In this document: positions 17,746 through 28,182 of the stretch, in pieces | Numbering within the stretch: position 1 is the stretch's first letter | Layout of the letters: every line of letters starts with the position of its first letter | From: an uncultured archaeon | GTDB taxonomy: Archaea; Asgardarchaeota; Thorarchaeia; Thorarchaeales; Thorarchaeaceae | DNA: 64,000 bases | NCBI GenBank assembly: GCA_964558645.1 | Contig: CAZLEV010000007.1 | Span: forward strand, 96,001 to 160,000 | Direction of reading: 5' to 3' | Program-made: the position numbers and the translations under genes | The notes under the pieces: model-generated | What the model was told of the DNA's origin: nothing | Databases searched by the model: none | Seen by the model: the letters and a program-made list of their open reading frames with translations, nothing else

Positions 17746-20256
17746 ATGACAAAGCTGACGAGTTCCTCGATATTCGTCCTACTGCTATTCATCGGCTTCG
17801 GTTTCTCCAGCATTGGTATTAGCATCTCTTTTACTGGGGCTATCCCTGTTGGTCAAAGGCAGTACGTGATTCCTGCCGGCGCCTACATCCCCCATTCACC
17901 TATCACCATCACCAACAACACCGACTTTTTCAGACAGGGCTGGCCCGGAAATGGTACTGAAGATGACCCGTATGTCATAGAGAGTTTCAACATCACAGCT
18001 AGTTCCACAGGCATTAAAGTAAGCAACACAGATGTCTATTTTGAGGTTCGAAACTGTCTGATTTCTGCTCCAAGTCAATCGAGCAGTGATGGAATTGTCC
18101 TTGAGAATGTGACCCATGGGACTGTAAAGGGGTGTGTTGTTGAATTATATAGTGCAGGAGTGCACCTTTGGTCATCTTTCTCATGCAGGCTGGCAAACAA
18201 CACGGTTTCGAATAATGAATTGGGGTTTAGTGTTTCTTCTTCTTCCAGCATCTCCCTCATGGATAATACAGCCACAAGTAATGGCATATATGGGGTCTAT
18301 ATCTATGGCTCCGATTCTTGTACCTTGGTCCACAACACAGCCCGAAAGAACAGATATGGTTTCTATCTCCTCAGGTGCAATTCCTCCACCCTGACGAACA
18401 ATACTGCAACTAGGAATGAATACGGGTTTTATATCCGCTCAGCGTCATGTACCATGATGGACAACACAGCCACTGACAACACCTATGGATTCTACCTCTC
18501 TGCCCATCATGAGTTTTTTGGTTCCATCGGTTCCTACACCTTGACTCACAACACAGCCACCGATAATGACTATGGATTTTCACTCTTCTCAATGTCCTCA
18601 AAGTCACCATGCATCCTGATTCACAACATAGCCACTAGAAATGCCTATGGCATCCACCTTGCATATTCTTCTGACTGTATCCTAACAAATAATACACTCA
18701 ATAACAATGGATTGGTATTTGATGGGTATCTTCTGGCTCACTGGTTACACAACATGTCAGATAACACAGTCAATGACAGACCCCTTGGTTACTTCAAGTC
18801 GGTCAACGACACGGTCATCGATGGTGACCAGTACGGGCAGGTGATCCTTGCTAACTGCTCCCGCATCGTGGTGAAAAATGGAACTTTCATTGCTGCCTCG
18901 ATTGGCATCCAGCTTGCGTTCAGCACAAACTGTACCTTGACTCACAACACAGCCATGAACAATGCCGTGAGCGGTATTCATCTCTCAGAATCGCTCAGTT
19001 GCATCATGAAGAATAATACACTCAATAACAATGGATTGGTATTTGATGGGTATCTTCTGGCTCACTGGTTACACAACATGTCAGATAACACAGTCAATGA
19101 CAGACCCCTTGGTTACTTCAAGTCGGTCAACGACACGGTCATCGATGGTGACCAGTACGGGCAGGTGATCCTTGCTAACTGCTCCCGCATCGTGGTGAAA
19201 AATGGAACTTTCATTGCTGCCTCGATTGGCATCCAGCTTGCGTTCAGCACAAACTGTACCTTGACTCACAACACAGCCACTGGGAATGGAGAATCGGGAT
19301 TCTTTCTTGCCAGCTCTGATTCTTGTATCCTGACTCACAACACGGCTATCGGTAATAGACACAGTGGATTCCGTTTCAGTGGGTCCGATTCTTGCATCCT
19401 GACTCACAACACAGCCACTGGGAATGGAGAATCGGGATTCTTTCTTGCCAGCTCTGATTCTTGTATCCTGACTCACAACACGGCTATCGGTAATAGACAC
19501 AGTGGATTCCGTTTCAGTGGGTCCGATTCTTGCATCCTGACTCACAACATGGCCACCGAAAATGATCATGGTTTCTATCTTAGCTCTAGTTTCTGCATCC
19601 TGACGAACAACACTGCTGCATTGAATGGATTTGGCATTTGTCTACCCCATCCCTCCTTTGGAAATCTCTTATTGTTCAACAGGCTCTTCTACAACAGCCA
19701 GAGCAATGGTCATGATGATGGCGGGCAGAACAGCTGGGACAATGGAATACATGGTAATTACTGGGGCGATTACGGTGGAGAGGGTACATACCTTGTACCT
19801 GGCTTTGCTGGAAGTGTCGATCATCATCCCTATGTCCTTGAAGCCTGTCCCCCCACCATCTTAATCTATGGGCCTGCAATCCTTCAGTATGAGGAGGGGG
19901 CTACCGGACATTTGATTACATGGGGACTGGAGCACCCTCATCCCGGTGACTATGTCATCTACCGGAATGGCTCAGTGGTGAGGGCGGGAGTCTGGAACTG
20001 CAGTTCGGAGAACATTACCATCTCCGTGGACGGGCTGACGGTGGGGCTCTACAACTACACGCTGGTGGTGAGGGACATTGTGGACAACCGTGCGGCAGCC
20101 GCAGTCTTTGTGCGAGTGGTGCAGAAAGGGTCGTCACCGGAGGAGCCCGAAGACAGGGGAGATGTATTCTCACTGCTCGTAATGGTGTCAGCTGCGGCCA
20201 TAATGGGAGAGGTTGCAATTGCCATCGTGATTGTCAGGGACAGAAGGGAGCACTGA
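17746..20256 (+). CDS. Surface protein with right-handed parallel beta-helix (NosD/PbH1-like) repeats, Ig-like domain and TM anchor
   Basis: Signal-like N-terminus; HSPITIT...GWPGNGTEDDPYVIE; 22-23-aa repeats C.L..NTA..N..GFYL..S; WDNG..GNYW.DY cap; C-terminal TM. Confidence 0.88.
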   Translation: MTKLTSSSIFVLLLFIGFGFSSIGISISFTGAIPVGQRQYVIPAGAYIPHSPITITNNTDFFRQGWPGNGTEDDPYVIESFNITASSTGIKVSNTDVYFEVRNCLISAPSQSSSDGIVLENVTHGTVKGCVVELYSAGVHLWSSFSCRLANNTVSNNELGFSVSSSSSISLMDNTATSNGIYGVYIYGSDSCTLVHNTARKNRYGFYLLRCNSSTLTNNTATRNEYGFYIRSASCTMMDNTATDNTYGFYLSAHHEFFGSIGSYTLTHNTATDNDYGFSLFSMSSKSPCILIHNIATRNAYGIHLAYSSDCILTNNTLNNNGLVFDGYLLAHWLHNMSDNTVNDRPLGYFKSVNDTVIDGDQYGQVILANCSRIVVKNGTFIAASIGIQLAFSTNCTLTHNTAMNNAVSGIHLSESLSCIMKNNTLNNNGLVFDGYLLAHWLHNMSDNTVNDRPLGYFKSVNDTVIDGDQYGQVILANCSRIVVKNGTFIAASIGIQLAFSTNCTLTHNTATGNGESGFFLASSDSCILTHNTAIGNRHSGFRFSGSDSCILTHNTATGNGESGFFLASSDSCILTHNTAIGNRHSGFRFSGSDSCILTHNMATENDHGFYLSSSFCILTNNTAALNGFGICLPHPSFGNLLLFNRLFYNSQSNGHDDGGQNSWDNGIHGNYWGDYGGEGTYLVPGFAGSVDHHPYVLEACPPTILIYGPAILQYEEGATGHLITWGLEHPHPGDYVIYRNGSVVRAGVWNCSSENITISVDGLTVGLYNYTLVVRDIVDNRAAAAVFVRVVQKGSSPEEPEDRGDVFSLLVMVSAAAIMGEVAIAIVIVRDRREH
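18688..19279 (+). repeat. Exact 268-bp direct repeat (18688-18955 = 19012-19279; period 324 bp, 108 codons)
   Basis: Base-by-base comparison showed no mismatch from AATAATACACTCAATAAC to CTCACAACACAGCCA. Confidence 0.95.
19262..19549 (+). repeat. Exact 138-bp tandem repeat (about 2.1 copies, 46 codons)
   Basis: Units start at 19262, 19400 and 19538 (TGACTCACAACA...). Confidence 0.95.
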
Positions 20257-20694
20257 GGACAAGGGCCATTTTTCTGAGGTATAGAAAGGCTGCGAGATGT
20301 AGTATGGTTCCCCCATTCCAAGCTCACCCGAGGAGCAAGGTGAGAGTAGGATTTAGAGGGCTTTCAGTGCCCGCAATGACATCCATTATAGTCTACTCTA
20401 GGAACAAAGCAAAATGTGTTTGGGCCATGCCAGCGTTCGATTCAATAGGAGGTGATACTACATCATCCTCCAATGATTTAGCCTGAGCTAGTCCGTTCCT
20501 ACAGGGTGTTTCAGGAACATAGACTGCAAAGAGGCTTATGTGGAGTTCGTTCGTGCCATCAATCTTCATCTTCTCCTTGTCTTAATTAGCAAGGCACTTG
20601 CTCTTACCCGACTTGCTCTTTTCCTAGTTTTCAGGTTTTCCAGAGTTCCAAAGGACTAATTTGGGAAACTACTTGGGAAGGAGAAGTAGTCGAT

Positions 20695-21144
20695 GTGGGA
20701 CTGATACCCAAAGACCAGCTCATCGATTATTTCGGTTCTAATGAGAAAGCATCCTCTGAAATGGCAAAATATCCGCATTACGAAGAAACGCTTCTCCACC
20801 ATCTGGTTGAAAGCAGTCATCTTTCGCAACCACGAGCTATTTCTCCCAGCCTCAAAACGCAAGTTGATTATTCTCAGGGTCCTTCGCCTGTTTGGGACAT
20901 AGACAACTACTACAATCTTGGAGATTATGCTACGAAAATATCTGAAATTTGCTCTGCACCTAATCTCAAAGTAACTCTGCATCTGTCATTGTCTTCTGGA
21001 GTTACAACTGCCACTAGTGTCAATGGAGGTGCTTTGTCGTATGGAGAAGGAACAGCTTATTCCACTACAAGTACGAAGATATTCTCAGTCGAGAATGGTG
21101 CAGTTCTGATGTGCTGTCGTGTTGACATTGTACTGGCGCTCTAA
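20695..21144 (+). CDS. Possible hypothetical protein or gene remnant
   Basis: 149-codon ORF with GGAG upstream, filling a gap between surface-protein genes. No recognisable motif. Confidence 0.25.
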   Translation: MGLIPKDQLIDYFGSNEKASSEMAKYPHYEETLLHHLVESSHLSQPRAISPSLKTQVDYSQGPSPVWDIDNYYNLGDYATKISEICSAPNLKVTLHLSLSSGVTTATSVNGGALSYGEGTAYSTTSTKIFSVENGAVLMCCRVDIVLAL

Positions 21145-24100
21145 GCAGACGTTCGTTGTTTCATCACGAAGAACACTGCGAGAACAGCGGCAAATCCGAT
21201 TGCGCCGATTACCGCAACCAGTATCAACGGGTCTAATTCGGATGGTTCTGTAGGAGTGGTAGTGGTTGTCGTAGTAGATGTTGTTTCTGTCGTGGTGGGC
21301 GTAGTGTCAGCAGGAGTCACTGTCACGAATACAGTATCGCTTGCGCTATTGCCGCTTGAGTCAACTACAACAACGGTATAATTGTAGACACCGGCCTCAA
21401 GACCGTCCACAAGTATTGATATGTTGTTCCCATACACTGAACTGGACAGAAGAAAGCTTCCATTTCGGTAGATAGAGTGATTGAGGGGACTTAGATCAAA
21501 TACATGCCAGACGATAGAATAGCCGGTGCTGCCATACTGATACTCGATATCATCCGGATGATCTACAGTGGGTGGTGTTGTGTCTACTACCGTGACAATT
21601 ACTGTACTACTGGTAGAGTTTCCTCTTATGTCGAACACAACGAGGGTATAGTTATGCACTCCGAGATGTAGCCCATCGATGCCTATGATGATGTCTGAAC
21701 CGTTCCAATTATCGCCAGTAAAGTACATATCGTTCCGATACAGCTCGTAAGATTGCGGGTAAGGATGTCTGGGGCTCCAAACGATCGAATGACCCGTCGT
21801 ACCTAGTTCGTATTCTATGTCTTCAGGATGGTTAATGGTTGGAGCGTATCCTGCAAAGAACATTGGGTGCCAGTCTCTGCTTCCGCTTGATCCTCCAATG
21901 AGATACTCCCCAACTCCCTCGTAATCGTCCCAGTAGTTGCCATGTGTGCCATTATCCCAGCTGTTGACTCCGCTGTCGTCCACAGCATTCGCTATGTTGT
22001 ATGCAAGAAAGTTAAGATACACCAGACCGCCATCGCAATAGGAGAGATGAATACCTCTTTCGTTGCCGGTGGCTGAGTTGCCAGTTAAGACGAAATCACT
22101 GGAAGATGTGATATAATACCCGCTTTCTGAGTCGGTTGCAGTATTGTTTGCAACCAAGCATTCGGTTGAGTGGGCCAGCATGTATCCGTTACCTGTAATC
22201 GCTTGAGCAGTATTCTTTGTCAGAGAACAATCGGCACACTCAGTCAAATAGAATCCTTGATCTGAGCCCATGACCACGTTATCGATGAGGTTACAGGTTT
22301 CACAGTGGTCGAGATACATTGCGACTCTCCCGCCACTGACCGTATTCCCGATCAGAGTGCAGTTGTAGCAGTATCCAAGTTGAATGCCATCTACATCGAC
22401 ATATGAGCCATCTGACACGATGACATTGGAACAATTCGCAAGTATGACCTGTGCGAACTCACTGCCATCTACTGCAAGGTTGGAACTGCTTCTGAAATAC
22501 CCCAACGGTTTCCCATTGACCATATTGTCAGTCAATTCATGCAACCAGTGAGATACATGCCATCCTCGAAGACGAAAACCAATGCCAACAACCTCATTCT
22601 GGATAAGCACACAATTAGCTGAGTTCTCGAGATAGACATCATGATCTGAGTTGTTGCTAGCGGTGTTGTTTGTCAGGGTGTTGTCATCCGCGTAGAGCAG
22701 GTAGAGCCCGTAGTCTGCGTTATTACTGGCCGAGTTTCTGTCGAATATGCAACTCTCAGACCTGTCTGCATGGAATCCACTTCCTGTGTTGAATTCGGCG
22801 GTATTGAAGACTAGACTGCAATTCGTAGATTCTCGCAAGTAGAATCCATGATTCATGTTGTTGCTGGCGGAGTTATAGCTCATGTCGCAATAATGAGAAT
22901 CGTTGGAGAAGTACCCACTACCTGTATTGAGATTGGCAGTATTGTAGTTGAGCGTGCAATTCAGGGATCCCTTCAGATGGTATCCATGTTCGACGTTGTT
23001 GTCCGCCACGTTGTGCGTTAGATTGCAGGCGGCTGTATTGAGGAGGTAGAATCCGTGTTCTCCGTTGTTGCCCGCGGAGTTATAGTTCAGGATACAATCA
23101 TCTGAACCATCAAGGTAGAATCCACTCCACATGTTGAGATTGGCGACGTTGTAGCTCAGTGTAAAGCCCTCGGAATTCCTCAGGTAGAATCCGCTTCTGT
23201 TGTTATTGTCAGCTACATTGTATGTCACGTTGCAGTCCCGCGAATCCCGCAGATAGAACCCATCCCCTGAGTCAGTGACTGTGTTGTTGTTCAAAGTGCA
23301 GTCGCTAGACGTGTACAAGTAGTATCCTGAGTAGCAGCCGATGGCTGTGTTGTTGGTCAGATTAGAGCTTCCAGACCTTCGCAGATAGAGACCCGTACCT
23401 GTGTTGATAAGGGTGTTGTTTTCCAGGACGCAGTGAGTAGAATCTTCTATGTAGAAACCCGCATACTCAACATCAGTGGCTGTGTTGTTGACGAGAATGG
23501 AATTGGGCGACTTGTATAGATAGTACGTTTGGCGTGAACCGGTCGCGGTGTTATTGATGATTGTACAGGTCGGGCTGAATCCCAGCTGGATACCCATCGC
23601 ACTCGTGAATACACCATTTGCCACTGTGATTTTGGAGCAGTTAGCTAGAATCACCTGGCCGAAATCACTAGCATCAACAACTTGGTCTGAAGCGTTGCGA
23701 ACGTACTTCAGAGGTCTTCCATTAACAGTGTTATCCGTGATGTTATGAGCCAGCCAGTGACTGAGTGAATCTCCCCTGATTCGAAGACCACCTCCCTCTA
23801 GAGTGTTGTTGGCCAGTGTGCAGTTGCTCGAATTCAGCAACTGAATTCCATCACCTACGGCATTCTCAGCTGTGTTGTTGCTCAACAGGCAATCTGTGAG
23901 GCTTTGGAGATAATAACCCGTGTACGAGCCATATGCAGTATTGTTTCTCACTGTGAGGTTTGATGACAGACTCATGACAAATCCATATGATGGATTGTCG
24001 ATTGCTATGTTGTGCTCCAAGGTGCAATCATTGGACCAGTGCAAACTGACTCCATGTTGAGAACTATTCCTAGCTGTGTTATAGTTCAGGACGGAGTCGG

Positions 24101-24722
24101 AGATTTGATGCATTTGGAAGCCATATCCACCATGGTCAGTGGCATTATTTCGGGTCAGAGTAGCATTTGGCGAATTATCCAAGTAGAATCCGGATTCGGA
24201 GTTTCCTACAGCTTCATTCTCAGCCAGAGTGCAGTGCTCAGACTGTGCAAGCGTGAAGCCGTAGCGCGTGTTAGAATGCGCTGTGTTGTTGAACAGAGTA
24301 CAGTTATTTGAACTATCAAGAACAATCCCATCTCGGTGCGAGCTGATGATGGTGTTCCGGATTGTGCCATTGCCTACGTTATAGAAGACAATCCCGTGGG
24401 TCTCTACGGGATCCGCAGCGGAGATCAGACAATCACTGATTTCGAAGTAGACATCCGTATTGCTGATGCTGATACATGTTGAGTTGTGGGTAATATTCAG
24501 TCCTGCAATGACATACGGGTTTCCCAGACTGCCATTTCCGGGCCACGACTGACTTTCGAAGTCAGCATTGCTGGTGATGACGATTGGGTCATGTTCAGTG
24601 TACGCTACATTGAAACTCTGGTTGGGCTCTAACGATGGCACTGGGGAAGTTTCAGATTCGTTGTATCCGATGGGAGCGGCGAGCAGTATTAGTCCCACGA
24701 CGAAAAGAACAAGTATTCTCAT
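21141..24722 (-). CDS. Large beta-helix (NosD/PbH1-like) surface protein with two Ig-like domains, Thr-rich stalk and TM anchor
   Basis: ATG at 24722 follows AGGAGG and gives a signal peptide. Many N-rich coils; two SHWL...NTVNG.PL.Y...GQVILANCS modules; TTPTTTETTSTTTT linker; TM. Confidence 0.9.
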   Translation of the reverse strand: MRILVLFVVGLILLAAPIGYNESETSPVPSLEPNQSFNVAYTEHDPIVITSNADFESQSWPGNGSLGNPYVIAGLNITHNSTCISISNTDVYFEISDCLISAADPVETHGIVFYNVGNGTIRNTIISSHRDGIVLDSSNNCTLFNNTAHSNTRYGFTLAQSEHCTLAENEAVGNSESGFYLDNSPNATLTRNNATDHGGYGFQMHQISDSVLNYNTARNSSQHGVSLHWSNDCTLEHNIAIDNPSYGFVMSLSSNLTVRNNTAYGSYTGYYLQSLTDCLLSNNTAENAVGDGIQLLNSSNCTLANNTLEGGGLRIRGDSLSHWLAHNITDNTVNGRPLKYVRNASDQVVDASDFGQVILANCSKITVANGVFTSAMGIQLGFSPTCTIINNTATGSRQTYYLYKSPNSILVNNTATDVEYAGFYIEDSTHCVLENNTLINTGTGLYLRRSGSSNLTNNTAIGCYSGYYLYTSSDCTLNNNTVTDSGDGFYLRDSRDCNVTYNVADNNNRSGFYLRNSEGFTLSYNVANLNMWSGFYLDGSDDCILNYNSAGNNGEHGFYLLNTAACNLTHNVADNNVEHGYHLKGSLNCTLNYNTANLNTGSGYFSNDSHYCDMSYNSASNNMNHGFYLRESTNCSLVFNTAEFNTGSGFHADRSESCIFDRNSASNNADYGLYLLYADDNTLTNNTASNNSDHDVYLENSANCVLIQNEVVGIGFRLRGWHVSHWLHELTDNMVNGKPLGYFRSSSNLAVDGSEFAQVILANCSNVIVSDGSYVDVDGIQLGYCYNCTLIGNTVSGGRVAMYLDHCETCNLIDNVVMGSDQGFYLTECADCSLTKNTAQAITGNGYMLAHSTECLVANNTATDSESGYYITSSSDFVLTGNSATGNERGIHLSYCDGGLVYLNFLAYNIANAVDDSGVNSWDNGTHGNYWDDYEGVGEYLIGGSSGSRDWHPMFFAGYAPTINHPEDIEYELGTTGHSIVWSPRHPYPQSYELYRNDMYFTGDNWNGSDIIIGIDGLHLGVHNYTLVVFDIRGNSTSSTVIVTVVDTTPPTVDHPDDIEYQYGSTGYSIVWHVFDLSPLNHSIYRNGSFLLSSSVYGNNISILVDGLEAGVYNYTVVVVDSSGNSASDTVFVTVTPADTTPTTTETTSTTTTTTTPTEPSELDPLILVAVIGAIGFAAVLAVFFVMKQRTSA

Positions 24723-24778
24723 ATCGGGTGGTTTCCTCCTGTCATGCAAGACGGCCGCAAATGATTAACAACATCTTG

Positions 24779-24785
24779 ATATAAA
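24779..24785 (-). promoter_or_regulatory. Putative TATA box of the large surface-protein gene
   Basis: TTTATAT on the minus strand about 57 nt upstream of the ATG. Confidence 0.4.
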
Positions 24786-25141
24786 CGTTCACTAATCTTA
24801 TTTCTGCGAACTTGAAAACACAAAACCTTCAGAAACGCAGAAACGCCTTGTTTCAGACGTTTCCGCTCAGACCTTCATAGAGTATCACTAGCAGAATTGT
24901 AGATAACTTATTGACCGGGTCGCACACCTTAGTGCCGAAACCTCTGGCATCTGCTGAGGTGGTGTCTGTTGCCATGATTATCACAATGCCTTCAGTCCGG
25001 GCGAATGACTATCTGCTAATTCCATACCTCGTCACAAAGGGGCTCTCATCATCTACCTATTGGGCAGATTTATCAAGGTGAGAGACTAAACATCCTTCAG
25101 GGATGTGTCGAGTCTGAATCGTAAGCGACCCACTAGATTCT

Positions 25142-26392
25142 TTGACAGTGACACAGGTGAAACAGGGTTTGGAGGATTCCAGAATAGACGCTAATTCTCA
25201 GGAGAACGCTGACCGCGTGTCATACGAGGCAGTTTCCGTCCGCGAAGTCCTTGCCAAGATGAAGACTTACTCAGAGCTCATGCTGGATCTTGCCTATTCA
25301 TCCATCCTCTTCTCAAGTCCAGAATTGACCAAGTGGGTGATGGAGCTGGAGGAGGAAGTAGACTATCTGGGTTATCAACTTCTCATGTCCCTATCTCTCT
25401 CAATAAGAGACAAGGACGATGCTGAACTCGCCGTGGGTCTTTTTCGAGTGGCCGGTTCAACAAACAAGGTGTCTGACGCTGCCGCAGATATCGCGAAACT
25501 GGCCAGGAAGAAGGGCGAGGTTCACCCCCTTATCGAGGATATGTTCAAGTACGTGGAAGAGCGCCTCATGCAGGTCGAGGTCACTGAAGGGTCAACTCTG
25601 ATTGACTCCACTGTGGGTGATTTGTGGGACAAACATGACATCAATGTTGATACTATTGCAGTCCGCAGAAACAGGAATTGGACTGTGAATCCGGAGCGTG
25701 AATGGTCGTTCAATGAAGGTGATGTTGCATTTGTGAGAGGGTCACCAAGAGAGGTGGCCAAAGTACATAGTATCGCATCAGGTACAGAGCCTGAGGTACC
25801 TGAAGAAGATGCACTTGAGCCTGAAGACAATCTAGAACGCCTCCTTCTTGATATGAAAGAAACTTCAGAATTCATGGTTTCCCTTGCCTTCGCAGCTGTA
25901 AAGTATCAAGATTCTGAACTGGCAAAAGAGGTCGGCGAACTGGAGGAACGAGTAGATAGTCAATGCGATTCTGCTGTGAGGGAGATACTCTCGCTTAGTG
26001 ATGAGAGTGTCAATCGCCGCCTAGATCTGATACGTCTGGTCATAGCTGCTGAGCAGATAGCTGATGCTGCCTGGGAGATAGCAGCTGTTCAGCTTAGCGG
26101 CCTGAAGACCCATCCGGTCATAGCCTCCATTGCTGATGAGGCCGAGGAGATTGTGAGTAGGGTAATCATTCATCCTGACTCTCCCCTTGCCGGTCATACG
26201 CTCAGAGAGTTGGCGCTCGACGATAACTACGGCATCTATGTACTGACAGTTCGGCGTGAGGGTCATTGGTTCCATCGGCCGTCAGCTGACTTCACGCTTC
26301 GAGAGAATGATGTGCTTGTCTTCGATGGATACAGGGAAGGTCTTGATGATATGAGATCTCTGGCAGACCCTAGTTGTGAAACGCAGAGCTAA
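25142..26392 (+). CDS. Tandem (PhoU-like + TrkA-C/RCK_C) x2 regulatory protein
   Basis: Two repeats of MK..SE.M..LA.....A..V.ELEE.VD...E.I.DAA..IA, each followed by an RCK_C domain (S.L.G.T...L...I.V..VRR...W...P). Confidence 0.85.
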   Translation: MTVTQVKQGLEDSRIDANSQENADRVSYEAVSVREVLAKMKTYSELMLDLAYSSILFSSPELTKWVMELEEEVDYLGYQLLMSLSLSIRDKDDAELAVGLFRVAGSTNKVSDAAADIAKLARKKGEVHPLIEDMFKYVEERLMQVEVTEGSTLIDSTVGDLWDKHDINVDTIAVRRNRNWTVNPEREWSFNEGDVAFVRGSPREVAKVHSIASGTEPEVPEEDALEPEDNLERLLLDMKETSEFMVSLAFAAVKYQDSELAKEVGELEERVDSQCDSAVREILSLSDESVNRRLDLIRLVIAAEQIADAAWEIAAVQLSGLKTHPVIASIADEAEEIVSRVIIHPDSPLAGHTLRELALDDNYGIYVLTVRREGHWFHRPSADFTLRENDVLVFDGYREGLDDMRSLADPSCETQS

Positions 26393-26492
26393 GCATGCTC
26401 CGGGATCATCTTGACCGATGCTATATGCATCTTGCCTCTTACCAAATACAAACTAACTTGAGAAAAGGACGGAGGGTCCGGCAATCAGTGCT

Positions 26493-27704
26493 TCAGACGA
26501 TCAGCAGGATTGAGAGTAATAGGAATACAGAAGTGAGTCCGTCCGCTATCGCTGATCCTATAGGAATTACGAAGTTGTCGGGGTCTAGTCCTCTGTTGTA
26601 GGTTACCATCGTCAAGAAAATTGAGATGAAGACCATTGTTGCAACGGCCGGTATGTTGGTTAAGACCAAACGTCCAATGAAGATGATGAAAATGCCTTGA
26701 TCTAATACACCAAACAGAAGAGCAGCTGCAAGTCCGTAAGTGAGGAACATGGTGAGAGATGCAGCCCAAGCTGAGGCAATCTCCTCGAGCTGCTGTCTGA
26801 AGGATCGTAGATTGGCTTGAATCGTCCCGAGGCTGAGCTTCGTGGTTGACGTCGATCCGATTATGGATCCTACATCACCGACAGTGCATATGATTGCAGG
26901 ATAGACGGCATAGATGTGTGGAACGCTAGCCACAGCTTGGCTGATGCGGTCCAAGGCTGAGCCGGCAATGTTCACAAAGAAACCTATGACGAAAAGGACG
27001 CTCAGAAACTCTTTCATTGCTCTTCGGAGCACCTTCTCATTACGATTGGTCCAGGTCATCTTCAGGATTATGCTGCTGAATATGACAACGATAACTAACA
27101 GTACGGTCATCACTTCAGGTGCATTGGACAAAGCGACGATAATCAAGTAGATGATAGTGACAAGAACATCGGCAACTGTGGAGATTACAGGGTATGTGAC
27201 TATATCAGGATCAAGGCCTTTTCGCATCGCGACGAACGAAACAAGCACGGTAACCGGGGAGATGGCCGCAAATGCCAATGCCATCGTTGCTATCATGACA
27301 ATAAGCATCATCATGACGTCAGCAGCTGTCAGTCCAATAAACACAAGACCGAAGATGCATGCGTATGCCCACATCACGATGGATGCTATCAATGAGAGGG
27401 ATGCCATGGTACTTGTAAGGACATGGAAATGCTCTGTATTGTCTGTCAGAGTTGGCCTTATTGTTCCAATGTGCAAGGCAGTAGAAAGCCTACCACTGAA
27501 CATGCCACCGATAGCACCTTTGACACTCAGAACGGATGGGTACAGGAGCAATCCCCAGCTGACAGCACCGATGACCGACTCAGAGGTTGCAAGAAAGAAG
27601 CCAGCTGCTATTCCTCCGAGGTTGAAGGCAAGCGAAATAACAGACCGACCGTAAAGCTGCGCTGGTTTCTTCAGGTTGTGCAGATTCAGCTTCACCGTCA
27701 TCAC
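26493..27704 (-). CDS. Divalent cation transporter with two MgtE membrane repeats (SLC41-like)
   Basis: Two motif pairs: YPSVLSVKGA and YPAIICTVGD; GLDPDIVTYPVISTVAD and GLDPDNFVIPIGSAIAD. Confidence 0.85.
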   Translation of the reverse strand: MMTVKLNLHNLKKPAQLYGRSVISLAFNLGGIAAGFFLATSESVIGAVSWGLLLYPSVLSVKGAIGGMFSGRLSTALHIGTIRPTLTDNTEHFHVLTSTMASLSLIASIVMWAYACIFGLVFIGLTAADVMMMLIVMIATMALAFAAISPVTVLVSFVAMRKGLDPDIVTYPVISTVADVLVTIIYLIIVALSNAPEVMTVLLVIVVIFSSIILKMTWTNRNEKVLRRAMKEFLSVLFVIGFFVNIAGSALDRISQAVASVPHIYAVYPAIICTVGDVGSIIGSTSTTKLSLGTIQANLRSFRQQLEEIASAWAASLTMFLTYGLAAALLFGVLDQGIFIIFIGRLVLTNIPAVATMVFISIFLTMVTYNRGLDPDNFVIPIGSAIADGLTSVFLLLSILLIV

Positions 27705-28182
27705 CGTCCTCCATGGATATTCGCCTCTTGCCTTGTTCTACATGTTCAGCTCTTACTTTCACTCGAAGTGACATATTGTCAGCAGACCACATCACCATAT
27801 ACTACGTCAATGTGAAGTTACGTGGGCTTTCCATTCAAGATATTGAATAATACCCGAATATTGACACGCGACCTTTGTGGTCCGCTGCAGATGCTGATAA
27901 GAGATTTTTGATGTGTATGATAAGTCTTTTCTCTTCAGCTGGATAGCACAGAAATGATCTCCACCTATCTCCATACTTGGCAGCACTGGAGCCCTTTGTC
28001 TTCTAACTAGGATGACTCTGAGTTCGCCAAGTCATTGCCTAATCTGATACTCAATACAGTTCGATTGTTTCGCTCAGTCATTACGAACTCGTCTTGAGTT
28101 CAGTGGGGCTATCAGCATCGATAGACTATTAGGCCACTCTCAATTCCTGAAATGTGTGTAAATACAGGGCTTGTGTCATTCT

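Noticed and set aside
18688-19549. Repeats as a CRISPR array or a diversity-generating retroelement TR/VR pair
   Set aside because: They are in-frame coding repeats without spacers. The copies are identical with no adenine-specific differences, and no reverse transcriptase or cas gene is in the window.
20257-20694. 58-codon minus-strand ORF (MKIDGTNELH...) with AAGGAG, and other fragments
   Set aside because: No recognisable family. It may be a decayed gene but cannot be supported from sequence alone.
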